Positions 10,229 to 20,000 of a stretch of DNA of 20,000 nucleotides are shown piece by piece. Within the stretch, counting starts at the first letter, position 1; every line of letters begins with the position of its first letter. The DNA lies in the NCBI RefSeq assembly GCF_004010195.1, contig NC_057718.1, forward strand, positions 5,073,085 to 5,093,084, written 5' to 3'. The translations under genes were made by a program, and so were the position numbers. Under the pieces are notes generated by a model that saw only the letters and a list, made by a program, of their open reading frames with translations, made no database searches and was not told the DNA's origin. The DNA is from Chiloscyllium plagiosum. Lineage: Eukaryota.

Positions 10229-10954
10229 CTGTTATTGAGTCTACTTTGAGCCACCTATTAATGCAGTACAGTAGAGGTCTCAACAGCTTGATGTGTCAAA
10301 GCTTTTCCACATCTTGTTACCTTTCCAATTTTCTTTGATCTGCTGGCTTCTGGTCACCCAGTGGATACCCTTGAGTACTGGGGAGTTATCAGATATCGTA
10401 TGAACTCTTTTTTTGGTGGAATTGCTTTCCCTCTGATCCAGCTTTCCATGACTGAAGCTAGTTTCAAACCAGGAGTGAAAGTTGTAGCAGGTTAATAATT
10501 TCAGGACGGATTTAGGATTTCAGGAACAGTCTGAAACTGCTGTAGGGTTTACTCTTATGCTGTGTGCACTATTGTTAATGGCATGCACATGCTTACTTCC
10601 AGACAATATCCACAGTGAGCCAGTTAACAATGGAGTTAAAATAGTGCTAAACTTTAATGTCAGCAAATTAACACTGCAGGTAGTGCTTTGGGGAATTAAA
10701 ACTGATGTAATTCATTCTAGGTGGCTGCTGTTATTGGTTATATTGGAAACATTATAAGCATGAATAGCCATTATTTAAAAACAAAGATTTAATGTTTATT
10801 TCATTAAGTGTTCAGGTGTGCAAGTGGCTTTTCAATATCAGAGTCACATTCAAGTAATTCCTCCCCTGATGGTGACTTTGGGACATTTCAGTCTTGCCTT
10901 GCGAATTTTCTTTTCAATGTGTACAATCAGAGTTGGTTGTGCTAGGGGTGTCCC

Positions 10955-11170
10955 CTCACTGGGTCACACCTTCCTTTCTGGGTCAGAAAGTTGTGGGTTT
11001 AAACCCTACTCTGCAAACTCGAGATTGAGGCTACCTGAGAGACTACTGAAATGCTAAAGCTTCCTTCGGTCATAACGCCATGGTACTGTGTATTCCATTA
11101 GCTGCAGGTGAATCGGCAATGGCAACATTAAAAGATCAACGTGGGCGATCTGCCTCGTGTCCTGGGTAGA
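10955..11170 (+). mobile_element. Old DeuSINE/SacSINE1-like tRNA SINE remnant
   Basis: tctgggtcagaaagttgtgggtttaaaccctactc head, plus later taaaagatc and gtgtcctgg patches resembling the recalled SacSINE1 consensus; highly degenerate. Confidence 0.5.
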
Positions 11171-11261
11171 GAGTCATTCGTTCAGTTTAATGACCATTGT
11201 GGACAGTATTATGGAGAAATTAATTTTATATTACTGTCCTGTACAGTGCATTGTACGGTGT

Positions 11262-11869
11262 GATAGCATTTATTTGTTGAGAGATTGAGTTTCGGAGCCA
11301 ACCGGTTGTATTGCAGCTGTACAAAACTCTGGTGTGGTCGCGCTTGGAGTATTGTGTAGCGTTCTGGTCGCCACATTACAGGAAGGATGTGGAAGCATTG
11401 GAAAGGGTGCAGAGGAGATTTACCAGGATGTTGCCTGCTATGGAGGGAAGGTGTTACGAGGAAAGGCTGAGGGACTTGAGGCTGTTTTCATTAGAGCAAA
11501 TTAGGTTGAGAGGTGAGTTAATAAGGCATGCAAGATGATCAGAGGGTTAGATAAGTGAAAAGTGAGAGCCTTTTTCCTTGGATGGTGATGGCTAGCATGG
11601 GGGGACATAGCTTTAAATTGAGGGGTGATAGATGTAGGACAGATGTCAGCGATAGGTTCTTTACTCAGAGAGTAGTAGGGGTGTGGAATGCCCTGCTTGC
11701 AACAGTAGTAAACTTGCCAACTTTAAGGTCATTTATATGGTCCTTGGATAAACATATGGAATGGTGTAGGTTAGGTGGCCTTCAGATCTGTTCTACAGAT
11801 CAGTTACAACATCGAGGCCTGAAGGGACTGTACTGCACTGTAATGCTCTATATTCTATGCTCTATATCT
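11262..11869 (+). mobile_element. CR1/HER1 LINE 3' fragment
   Basis: LYKTLVWSRLEYCVAFWSPHYRKDVEALERVQRRFTRMLP...FFTQRVVGVWNAL; tail (tctatat/ttctatg)n. Confidence 0.95.
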
Positions 11870-11969
11870 GGGAGCATTGGGATAGAAATCAATATGGAAG
11901 TTTGCCACTGGATGTCTTTCTAATCTAACTGAAGGCTTTTTTTTGTGTCATAAGAAGCTTTGTGGGAGT

Positions 11970-12270
11970 AAAGCAGTGGATGAAGTGAATTTGGATTTAA
12001 GCAAGTGCATTGATACCATTCATTTGAAAAGGCTGGCGTGGAATAGGAAGAAAAATGGGAATGAGTGGAAATATTTCACAACGAAGGCATGAGTTATCAA
12101 GTGATTAGAGGGCTTGTCACTAGCATGGCGTGTGTTACCAGTTGGGTCTCACTGGATGTCTGTTTTCTGGTCTCTTGGTAAACTGCTGAGAGGCAGCTAT
12201 CAGAAGAACCATGGCCAAATTCACAGATAATACAAAGCCAACAAAAATGAGTCTCCAAAGTTGTACAGTC
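11970..12270 (+). mobile_element. Ancient degraded CR1 RT fragment
   Basis: AVDEVNLDLSKCIDTIHLKRL (cf. AVDVIYMDFSKAFDKVPHGRL in the element at 13328-14331) and later AKFTDNTK (cf. FADDTK). Confidence 0.6.
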
Positions 12271-12612
12271 CCTGGGGGGTCTGCATATAAGGAGACATGC
12301 AGGCTGATGGTGACAGATGTAAACTTACATAGAGGAATACCAAGTGCTTCACAAAAATATAACAAAGGAAATAATGTGCAATGAAGACGAAAGCAGTCTA
12401 GGATTGGATGAAAAATTGTAGCGAACGCATTAATGCTTGAAGAAGGTGAATTAAAGAAATTGGATTTTGGGGTAGATCACAAAGTTACTATTGGGCTGAA
12501 ACAGTATGCTACCTCTGACACTTTATAATGACTGCTGCATCTACACTTTCCACTGTACAATTCTGACCACTGCAATGGTGAAAGGATATTGCAGCAATGA
12601 GACTGCAGTGAT

Positions 12613-12821
12613 TGGAATGATGTCAGCCAGTTGGACCTCAGAGAATATGAGAATAACAGTCCCAATCAGGGAGCCCTTGCTGACAGATAAAAAGGAAAGT
12701 GTCAGAGATACTGACACTCCAGCACTGCCTCATACTGAGTCAGGTACAAAAGTTAAGGACTGTTCATGTGTAAATTAAGGGTGACTTGGTGACTGATACT
12801 GGCCTCACTGGAGTTACTTCA
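12613..12821 (+). mobile_element. Solo-LTR-like element, copy 2
   Basis: Begins TG (tggaatga) and ends CA (ttacttca); contains ccaat and a TATA-like gataaaaa; similar to 4790-5005. No clear TSD. Confidence 0.65.
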
Positions 12822-12859
12822 GAGAGGATACCCAATTACAATATGTATATCGTGTGTCA

Positions 12860-13070
12860 GGGGAAGCCAAGATCAAATGGTTGATTTGTGATGCAGAGTG
12901 ATGCCAACAGTGTTGGTTCAGTCCCTGTACTGACTGGGAGATCATGAAAGACTCTCCTTCTCAACCTTTCCCCTCACCCAAGGCATGGTGGCCCTCGGGT
13001 TAAACCACCACCAGTCATCTCCCTCTAATGAGAGAGCAGTCCTCTGAGACTGTGGCGACTTAACCTTTTA
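12860..13070 (+). mobile_element. tRNA-derived SINE (third family)
   Basis: B-box-like ggttcagtccc, body ctcaacctttcccctcaccc...gggttaaaccaccaccagtc, short actt-type tail. Confidence 0.6.
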
Positions 13071-13327
13071 GATGGCTGGTCAGTTTCGATTTTGGGAGGT
13101 GTGGCGATTCTATTTGTTTTATGTACATTTTAATGAGGTTTTGCAACCTGGACATGAAGAGATAGGAGGGTAGCAGTTCAAAGCATTAAAATTAATTGTA
13201 CTGTTGCCTAATGGAAGCAGCCCAGGGATACTGAAAAAAGGTTGCATAGTTCAGAAAGTTAGACCATGTGAGGCAAGGCAACTGGACACCTGAATTTATA
13301 GATCTTGGGTGAGTTTACACCGAAATT

Positions 13328-14331
13328 ACAAAGAACAAAGAAAATTTACAGCCCAAGAATAGGCCCTTCGGCCCTCCAAGCCTGAGCCGATCCAAATGTA
13401 CTGTCTAAATCTGTCGATCAATTCCTAAGCATTTGTATCCCTCTGCTCCCACCTACTCATGCATCTGTCCAGACACACCTTAAATGAATCTACTGTGCCT
13501 GCCTCTACCACCTCTGCTGGCAACGCATTCCAAATGCCCACCACCCTCTGTGTGAAGTACTTGCCGCGTGTATCCCCCTTAAACTTTCCAGATCTCACCT
13601 TCAAAGCATGACCTCTTGTTATTGGATCCTTCACCCTGGGAAAAAGCTTGTCTCTATCCACCCTGTCTATACCCTTCATGATTTTGTAAACCTCAATCAG
13701 GTCCCCCCATGATCTCCTTTTTTCTGATGAAAATAAACCTAACCTACTCAACCTCTCTTCATAGCTAGCACCTTCTATACCAGGCAACATCCTCATAAAC
13801 CTTTTCTGCACCCTCTCCAAAGCGTCCACATCTTTTTGGTAATGTGGCGACCAGAACTGTACACAGTATTCTAAATGCAGCCGAACCAATGTCTTGTACA
13901 ATGTTAACATGATTTGCCAGCTCAATACCCCGTCCAATGAAGGGAAGCATACTATACGCCGCCTTGACCACTCTATCCACCTGTGCAGCAACCTTCAGGG
14001 TACAATGGACCTGCACTCCCAGATCTCTCTGCCATCAACTTTTCCCAAGGCTCTTCCATTCATTGTATAATTCACTCTAAACACCACTGGTCACCTTTCT
14101 TCATTTCGAGAAACTCCCTTCAACTACTACTCTCTGTCTCCTGTTGCTCAACCAGTTCTTTATCCACCTAGCTAGAACACCCTGCACACCATGTGACTTC
14201 ACTTTCTCCATTAGTCTACCATGGGGAACCTTATCAAATGCCTTACTAAAGTCCATGTATATGACATCAACAGCTCTTCCTTCATCTAACAACTTGGTCA
14301 CTTCCTCAAAGAACTCTATTAAGTTGGTTAC
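13328..14331 (-). mobile_element. CR1/HER1 LINE, ~1 kb with RT and C-terminal ORF2 remnants and internal deletions
   Basis: TNLIEFFEEVTKLLDEGRAVDVIYMDFSKAFDKVPHGRL...WIKNWLSNRRQRVVVEG, then LYKTLVRLHLEYCVQFWSPHY...FTQRVVGIWNALP; tail (ttctttg)n. Confidence 0.96.
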
Positions 14332-14354
14332 AAGTAATAGAAAATTTGGTTTCC

Positions 14355-14500
14355 AAAAGCAGAAATTGTTCTGAAGAAGGATCACTGGGACTCAAAACAT
14401 TAACTGTGTTTTATCTCCATAGATGCTGCCAGACCTGCTGAGTTTCTCCAGCAATTTCCACTTCTGTTTCAAATTTCCAGCATCAGTAGTTCTTTGTTTC
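14355..14500 (+). mobile_element. Penelope pLTR (family B) with a short inverted stub
   Basis: Degenerate hammerhead CTGAAGA-A-GGATC..GACTC-AAAACATTA (14371-14402), then gatgctgccagacctgctgagtttctccagcaattt as at 5040-5090; stub caaaagcagaaattg at 14355-14368. Confidence 0.8.
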
Positions 14501-14539
14501 AGTTTAGAGTTTAGTGTGGAGAGAGTGGTGAATTATCAC

Positions 14540-14816
14540 TGAGGTTTTGGGTTTCTTACTGTGGTAAAATAGATAATGTGAGTTTGAGTCCTGTAATGAA
14601 ATTATTCCAACCTTTCCATTGCCTTGTTTAATGTAGTTCATGTTTTTGTCTTGTTTAATAAGTGTTTATTCTTTGTGTTAAAAGTACACCAGCAGCCTCT
14701 TGTAAGTGAGTCCAAAACTGACCTCCATGGTTAAAAAACAAAGCTAGGATCTAACAAGCCAGGTTTCATTCTGGAATCTGACTGAGCTAATAGGAACATA
14801 AACTGGAACCATAACA
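14540..14816 (+). mobile_element. Probable LTR 3' portion
   Basis: T-rich segment, aataag poly(A)-like signal and terminus ...ctggaatctgact...accataaca resembling recalled shark LTR ends; single copy in this window. Confidence 0.45.
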
Positions 14817-14889
14817 GTGGGAAAACGATGTGAATAGTGCAGGGATGGAGGAGGACGAAATCTTTATGTGTTTCCCTTTCTTGTTGTAG

Positions 14890-15057
14890 CTGATGGACTG
14901 GAGAAGTACTCAATCACAAACTCAGAAGGACTGCCCCCTGGGTCTGGGACACCGCCACTGAAACGGAAAAGCAAGTTGGCGTCCATCGGCAAAATCTTCA
15001 AACCATGGAAGTGGCGGAAAAAGAAAGCAAGTGAGAAGTTCCAAGAGACATCTGCAT
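14890..15057 (+). CDS. PHACTR2: Internal coding exon of phosphatase and actin regulator (PHACTR family, most like PHACTR2 exon 2), just upstream of the first RPEL motif
   Basis: Translation (A)DGLEKYSITNSEGLPPGSGTPPLKRKSKLASIGKIFKPWKWRKKKASEKFQETSA contains the PHACTR signature GKIFKPWKWRKKK. The N-terminal DGLEK.SI.NS.G resembles PHACTR2 (DGLDKASIANSDG, recalled) more than PHACTR1/3/4. Polypyrimidine tract plus AG acceptor at 14888-14889; donor GTAAGT at 15058; 168 nt, phase 1-1. Family call is near certain, paralog call less so. Confidence 0.92.
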
Positions 15058-16104
15058 GTAAGTTAGTCGTTAGACTTGGCTTTGTCGGTGGGGGGAATTT
15101 CCTTTTAAATAACATTGCATTGTGGTTCAGCCAGCCTCTTTACCACCTCGGCTCCATTCACATCACTCTGGGCCATAACAGATATGGTTTCAGGCTCCAC
15201 TCCAAAACACAAAACACTGACCCCCAATTGTCCTCTAACCAGTCACTTTATGTTCCACTTGCATTTGCCTGTTTAGTCGCTGTGATAGTTTGCAATGCAG
15301 GTCACTGACAATGGTCAGTAGAAAAAGCACAATGCCCTCTGTTGAACCTCCAGACTCAGAGCAGCAAGTAACTGGTGCATTCCTGAAGCGATCAGATTGA
15401 AGGATTGTAAAGTTGAGCAGCTTAGAGTCGAGATAGTATACGTTTGAGGAGGTGAATCAGGTGGAGAATGGAAAATAAAGAAAGGAGAATAAAGATTGCA
15501 TTAAGAGAGATCAGTGGGGTGGATAGATAAACGAAAAGCATTTTGTTTTTAAATCTCCAACAACAATTTAAACCAGAGGGAATGAAACTTACATTTGTAT
15601 TTGTGAATGTTCAGAGCCAGAGATGTTGACTGCAAGTGATCCCAGAGTTAAAAAGCTTTCCAAGAATGTTTTAATAGGATGTGGCCATTACTGGCAAGGG
15701 CAGAATTTATTGGCAGTCCCTAATTGTACTTGAAAAGGTGGTGGTGAGTCACTTAATTAAACTGCTGCAGTGCTTTACACACACCCGTAGTGCTGTTTAG
15801 GAAGGATTTGAACCCAGTGACAGTGAAAGAACAGCGATATTATTTCCACATTTAGGATGGTGAGTGGCCTGGAGTGGAACCTAGCAGTGGCAGTGCTTCC
15901 AATCATCTGCTGTCTTCTCCTTCTGAGTGGTAGAGGCCAAGGGGTGGGAAGCTGGAGTTGAAGAGCCTTGGCAAATTCCTGGAGTGCATCTTGTAGATGG
16001 AGTGTATTGCTACCACTGTGCTTTGGCAATGCTTAAATTGGTAGATGTGCCAATTAAATGGGCCACTTTAACGTCCTTGATGGTGTCAAAGTACTTTAGT
16101 GTTG

Positions 16105-16306
16105 ATTTGGAGGAACTGGTGTTGGACTGGGGTGGACAAAGTTAAAAATCACACAACACTAGGTTATAGTCCAACAGGTTTATTTGGAAGCACTAGCTTT
16201 CAGAGCACTGCTGTTTCATCAGCTGCCCGATGAAGGAGCGGCGCTCCAAAAGCTACTGCTTCCAAATAAACCTGTTGGACTATAACCTAGTGTTGTGTGA
16301 TTTTTA
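16105..16306. mobile_element. Non-autonomous Penelope-derived hairpin (pLTR family A), copy 2
   Basis: Near-perfect inverted arms ~16138-16222 / 16227-16311, hammerhead motif in each arm, exact 12-bp direct repeat actttagtgttg at 16093-16104 and 16307-16318; orientation opposite to copy 1. Confidence 0.9.
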
Positions 16307-16591
16307 ACTTTAGTGTTGTTAGGGTCACACCCATCCAGGTGGACAGGCTTTGGAGGGGGGTCAAGAGGGAGTTACTCACTGCAATAAACCTAGCCTCTGA
16401 CCTGCTGCTTTAGCTGTATATTTGTATGGCTAGTCCAGTTCAGTTTCTGCTCAATAGTAACTTCAAGATCTTGGTGGTGAAGGATTCCACAATTTTAATG
16501 GCATTGAATATCAAGGGCAATGGCTATAAACTGTCTTGTTTCTGATAGTCATTGTCTGGCACTTATGTGCCATGGATGTTACTTGCTATTT

Positions 16592-17017
16592 GACAACTGG
16601 GGCTATTTTCCCTGGAGCGTCGGAGGCTAAGGGGTGACCTTATAGAGGTTCACAAAATTATGAGGGGCATGGATAGGGTAAATAGACAAAGAGTTTTCCC
16701 TGGGGTCGGGGAGTCCAGAACTAGAGGGCATAGGTTTAGGATGAGAGGGGAAAGATATAAAAGAGACTTAAGGGGCAAACGTTTCACGCAGAGGGTGGTA
16801 CGTGTATGGAATGAGCTGCCAGAGGAAGTGGTAGAGCTGGTACAATTGCAACATTTAAAAGGCATCTGGATGGGTATATGAATAGGAAGGGTTTGGACGG
16901 ATATGGGCCGGGTGCTGGCAGGTGGGACTAGATTGGGTTGGGATATCTGGTCGGCATGGACAGGTTGAACCGAAGGGTCTGTTTCCGTGCTGTGCATCTC
17001 TATGACTCTATGACTCT
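16592..17017 (+). mobile_element. CR1/HER1 LINE 3' fragment nested in the older LINE
   Basis: LGLFSLERRRLRGDLIEVHKIMRGMDRV...FTQRVVRVWNELP; tail (tatgactc)n. Confidence 0.95.
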
Positions 17018-17598
17018 GACCCAATCCTGGATATTTGTCCGGGTTTTGCTGCATTTGAACATGGACTGCTTCAGTACCTGAGAAGTCGTAAATATTGCTG
17101 AATATTATGCAATCATCAGAGAGCATCCCCGCTTCTAACCTTATGATGGTAGGAAGGTCATTGATGAAGCAGCTAAAGATGGTTGGGTCAAGTACAGTAC
17201 CCTGAGGAACTCCTGCAGAGATACCCTGGAGCTGAGATTACTGACCTCCAACAACCACAATCATCTTCCTATTGAGAGTGCGGTCCTCACTTTCTCCATA
17301 TTCCTACCAGCCAGGTATGAGTCCAGCCGGTGTGTTCTGATACTTAGTTATCCCCAGGCTCCTTGATGCCAGTCTGTGTGAAATCCTGCCTTGATGTCTT
17401 GGGCAGTCACTCTCATCAGCTGTTTTGTCCATGTTTGGATCATGGTTGTAATGAGGTCAGGGGTCTACTGGTCCTGGCTGAACCCAAATTGAGCGTCAGT
17501 GAGTCGTTTATGTTTTGCAAGTGCCACTTGATAGCACTGTCATTGATCCATTCCAGCACTTTGTTGATGATCGTGAGGAGATTGATGGGGTAGTATTT

Positions 17599-17929
17599 CA
17601 TGGAATAGAATCTCTGCAAGTGTGGAAGCAGACTATTCAGTCCATCAAGTCCACACCAACCCTCCAAAGAGCATCCTATCCCCATTCCTGTAACCCTGTA
17701 CTGTCCATGGCTAATCCACATATCCTACTCTTCCCTGGATACTGTGAGCAATTTAGCATGGCGAATCCACCTAAAGTGCACATCTTTGGACAGTGGGAAG
17801 AAACCAGAACATCAGGAGGAAACCCACGCAGACACCGGGAGAGTTCCACATAAGCAGTCACCTGAGTCTGGAATCAAACCTGGAGCCCTAGAGCTGTGGG
17901 GCAGCAGTGCTAACCCCTGAGCCATCGTG
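17599..17929 (-). mobile_element. HE1-like SINE
   Basis: gcagcagtgctaacccctgagccatcgtg head, aaacccacgcagacac core, HER1-like tail. Confidence 0.88.
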
Positions 17930-19469
17930 AGTATCTGGTTAAGGAAGTTTGTCCTGTTTTCCGTGTACAGGACATACCTGAATAGTTTTGTTTTCCACAT
18001 TTACTGGGTAGGTGCCAGGATGGTAGCTGCACTGAGGTCTGATGCTGCTTAAACACAAACCTACTGATACCGTCCTCTGCCAGTTTAGTTTGTAGAAGTA
18101 TAGAAGTTTCATAAAGTTCAGTTTGGGTCTGTGGAGAGGCAGACAGTGGAATACTGTGCCTGACACCTCAGACAGCTGCCTGTTCATTTACAATTCAGTC
18201 ACACAGCCTTCCGTCCCTTGGCCACCTGCTCTGAAATAATTGTGAGCATCATTCCCTTCACCCTTTACAGGACCACCTCTGCAAGCCTGTATGGGGATGA
18301 ACCTTCAGTTCCCTGTGGGTTTTACAGTGACCAAAGTGCTGCTCCTGAAACAATGAGTCCAACTGGACCTGTTGCAGTGATCGTGAAAGGATTACCTGAA
18401 ATAACCTCCTGCAGAAATCATCGCCATAAACAATTTAACTGCTCAATCAACTCATTATCGTGCCAAGCTGAGTCTCGGTCTAACATTGTTGCTGCACTTT
18501 AAAATGATCCAGTCAGAGCAATTTGCAACTCTTTGGGAAAATGTAATTGGTCGCTGTATAGATTCACATTTGTATTTGCAAATTGCTCCTTCTGTGCTTG
18601 TCCTTTGGCACTTTCTTTCCATTAACTCAGCAATTTGTCAGCCTTAGATTTATCTTCTCACTCTGAGAGGGAAAAACAATTCTTCTTTACACTAAATTGC
18701 AAATGTCTGCTCTAAAATCCATTTCTTGACAGAAAAATATCTCCCATCTATTTACTTTCTCGTAGACAGTGCACTTTATATTCGACTGCTTCCTTCAGGG
18801 TTCATGTCTTCAGTGCTGACACCTTTCCATCCTGATGTGCTTTACTGTGTCTGAGTCAACACATTTTGAGCTCGCCTGTATTCTTCAGTGCAGCAACTAT
18901 ATGGAAACCTTGCTGCTTCAATTCTTCAAAGATGCTATAATTGAAATCATGCTGTGTTCTCTTAGCAGCAAAAGTGTACATTTTAGGAATCTCCTCCCAC
19001 TGCTTTTTTAATAATTGCATATTTATAATTACAATGCAATTTGAGCACATCAATGTTTTCATTTCTCTGAAGCCAAAATAAGAGCTATCATCCCCTTCCT
19101 TTGCTTATGATTCTTCTTCATTCAAATTTTGCTGTCATGGCTTTATCTACACACTGCCCCTTTTGTGAAATCCCTTGAAAACATAGCACCTAGCTGCACC
19201 CCTACAACCTCCCAAGCCTCTCTTCTGTTTACGGATTTTAGAGGATTGGGAGTAGATAATTTGGCACCCCCTCCCCTTCTACAGGAGCAGCAATCTCCTC
19301 CAACTATACATTGGGAAGATCGAAGCCATTGTCTTTGATGCCAACCGTAATCTGGGTTCCCTCACTAATGACCTATCCCTCTCTTTGGCAGTTATCAGAG
19401 ACTGAGCAGGCTTGGTGTTATTGTTGGTACTGAAGTGAGCTTCTAATCACATAACCATGGCATTGCGAA

Positions 19470-19535
19470 CACCATCACCTTGATGCTGCAGAAATCCATG
19501 CCTTTATAACCTCTCGATATGACCATTCCGTTATA
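19470..19535 (+). mobile_element. L2 ORF2 fragment
   Basis: AAEIHAFITSRYDHS resembles the L2 motif LIHAFITSRLDY. Confidence 0.5.
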
Positions 19536-19559
19536 CCCATCAGTTGGTGTGTCATTAAT

Positions 19560-19720
19560 TCGGAGGTCACAATTCCAAGATGGTCAGCAAGACATCTAGG
19601 AGTGAGATCAGGAGAAACCTCCTTACTCAGAGAGTTGTTGGGATTCAGTGTGTAGTGCCTGGGAGAGAGGCAGAGGTAGATTCCTTTGGACGCTTCAAAA
19701 GAGAGCCGGATATATATTGC
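19560..19720 (+). mobile_element. Old CR1 ORF2 C-terminal fragment
   Basis: GHNSKMVSKTSRSEIRRNLLTQRVVGI. Confidence 0.7.
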
Positions 19721-19740
19721 ACTGAATCCCAACAACATCC

Positions 19741-20000
19741 GGGCAGCACGGTGGCACAGTGGTTAGCACTGCTGCCTCACAGAGCCAGAAACTCGGGTTC
19801 AATTCCCGCCTCGGGCAACTGTGGAGTTTGCACATTCTCCCCGTGTCTGCGTGGGTTTCCTCCGGGTGCTCTGGTTTCCTCCCACAATCCAAAGATGTGC
19901 AGGTCAGGTGAATTGGCCATGTTAAATTACCCATAGTGTTAGGTGAAGGGGTAAATATAGGGGAATGGGTGTGGGTGGGTTGTTCTTTGGAGGGTCGGTG
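19741..20000 (+). mobile_element. HE1 SINE (young, runs off the window)
   Basis: A box tggcacagtgg, B box ggttcaattcc, intact central motif; very similar to 6189-6480. Confidence 0.93.

Larger units (their letters stand above)
15672..17595 (-). mobile_element. CR1-clade LINE (second family), RT domain to 3' end, with two nested insertions
   Basis: Minus-strand motifs YYPINLLTIINKVLE, SAGVPQGTVLDPTIFSCFINDLP, MLSDDCIIFS; 3' tail caataaattctgcccttgccag...cacatcc; interrupted at 16105-16306 and 16592-17017. Confidence 0.88.

Noticed and set aside
15058..15308. ORF continuation after the PHACTR exon
   Set aside because: Similarity to PHACTR stops exactly at a consensus GTAAGT donor; this is intron read-through.
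18500..19130. Purine-rich minus strand with a 68-aa ORF, possible fossil coding sequence
   Set aside because: Multiple in-frame stops and no motif recognised; a tblastx/HMM search would be needed.
19741..19810. tRNA gene (A and B boxes)
   Set aside because: It is the tRNA-derived head of an HE1 SINE, repeated with the SINE body throughout the window.

Overview
This is eukaryotic, repeat-dense intronic DNA, very likely from a shark or other cartilaginous fish. That inference rests on many HE1-type tRNA SINEs and HER1/CR1 LINE fragments. The only host coding sequence recognised is one 168-nt internal exon of a PHACTR gene on the + strand (14890-15057, phase 1-1, best match from memory PHACTR2). 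The rest is intron filled with HE1 and other tRNA-SINEs, two CR1-clade LINE families, Rex1/Babar and L2 fragments, solo-LTR-like pieces, a 500-N assembly gap and several Penelope-like (PLE) relics. The PLE relics are the most interesting signal. They form a graded series: a ~2.3 kb tail-out inverted element with RT-linker and GIY-YIG remnants, three ~200-bp non-coding hairpins, and solo pseudo-LTRs. Most are bounded by 12-14 bp direct repeats, and their arms carry intact or decayed minimal hammerhead-ribozyme motifs (CUGANGA-stemII-GAAA). Family names come from recalled motifs, not database searches. Repeat boundaries are approximate.
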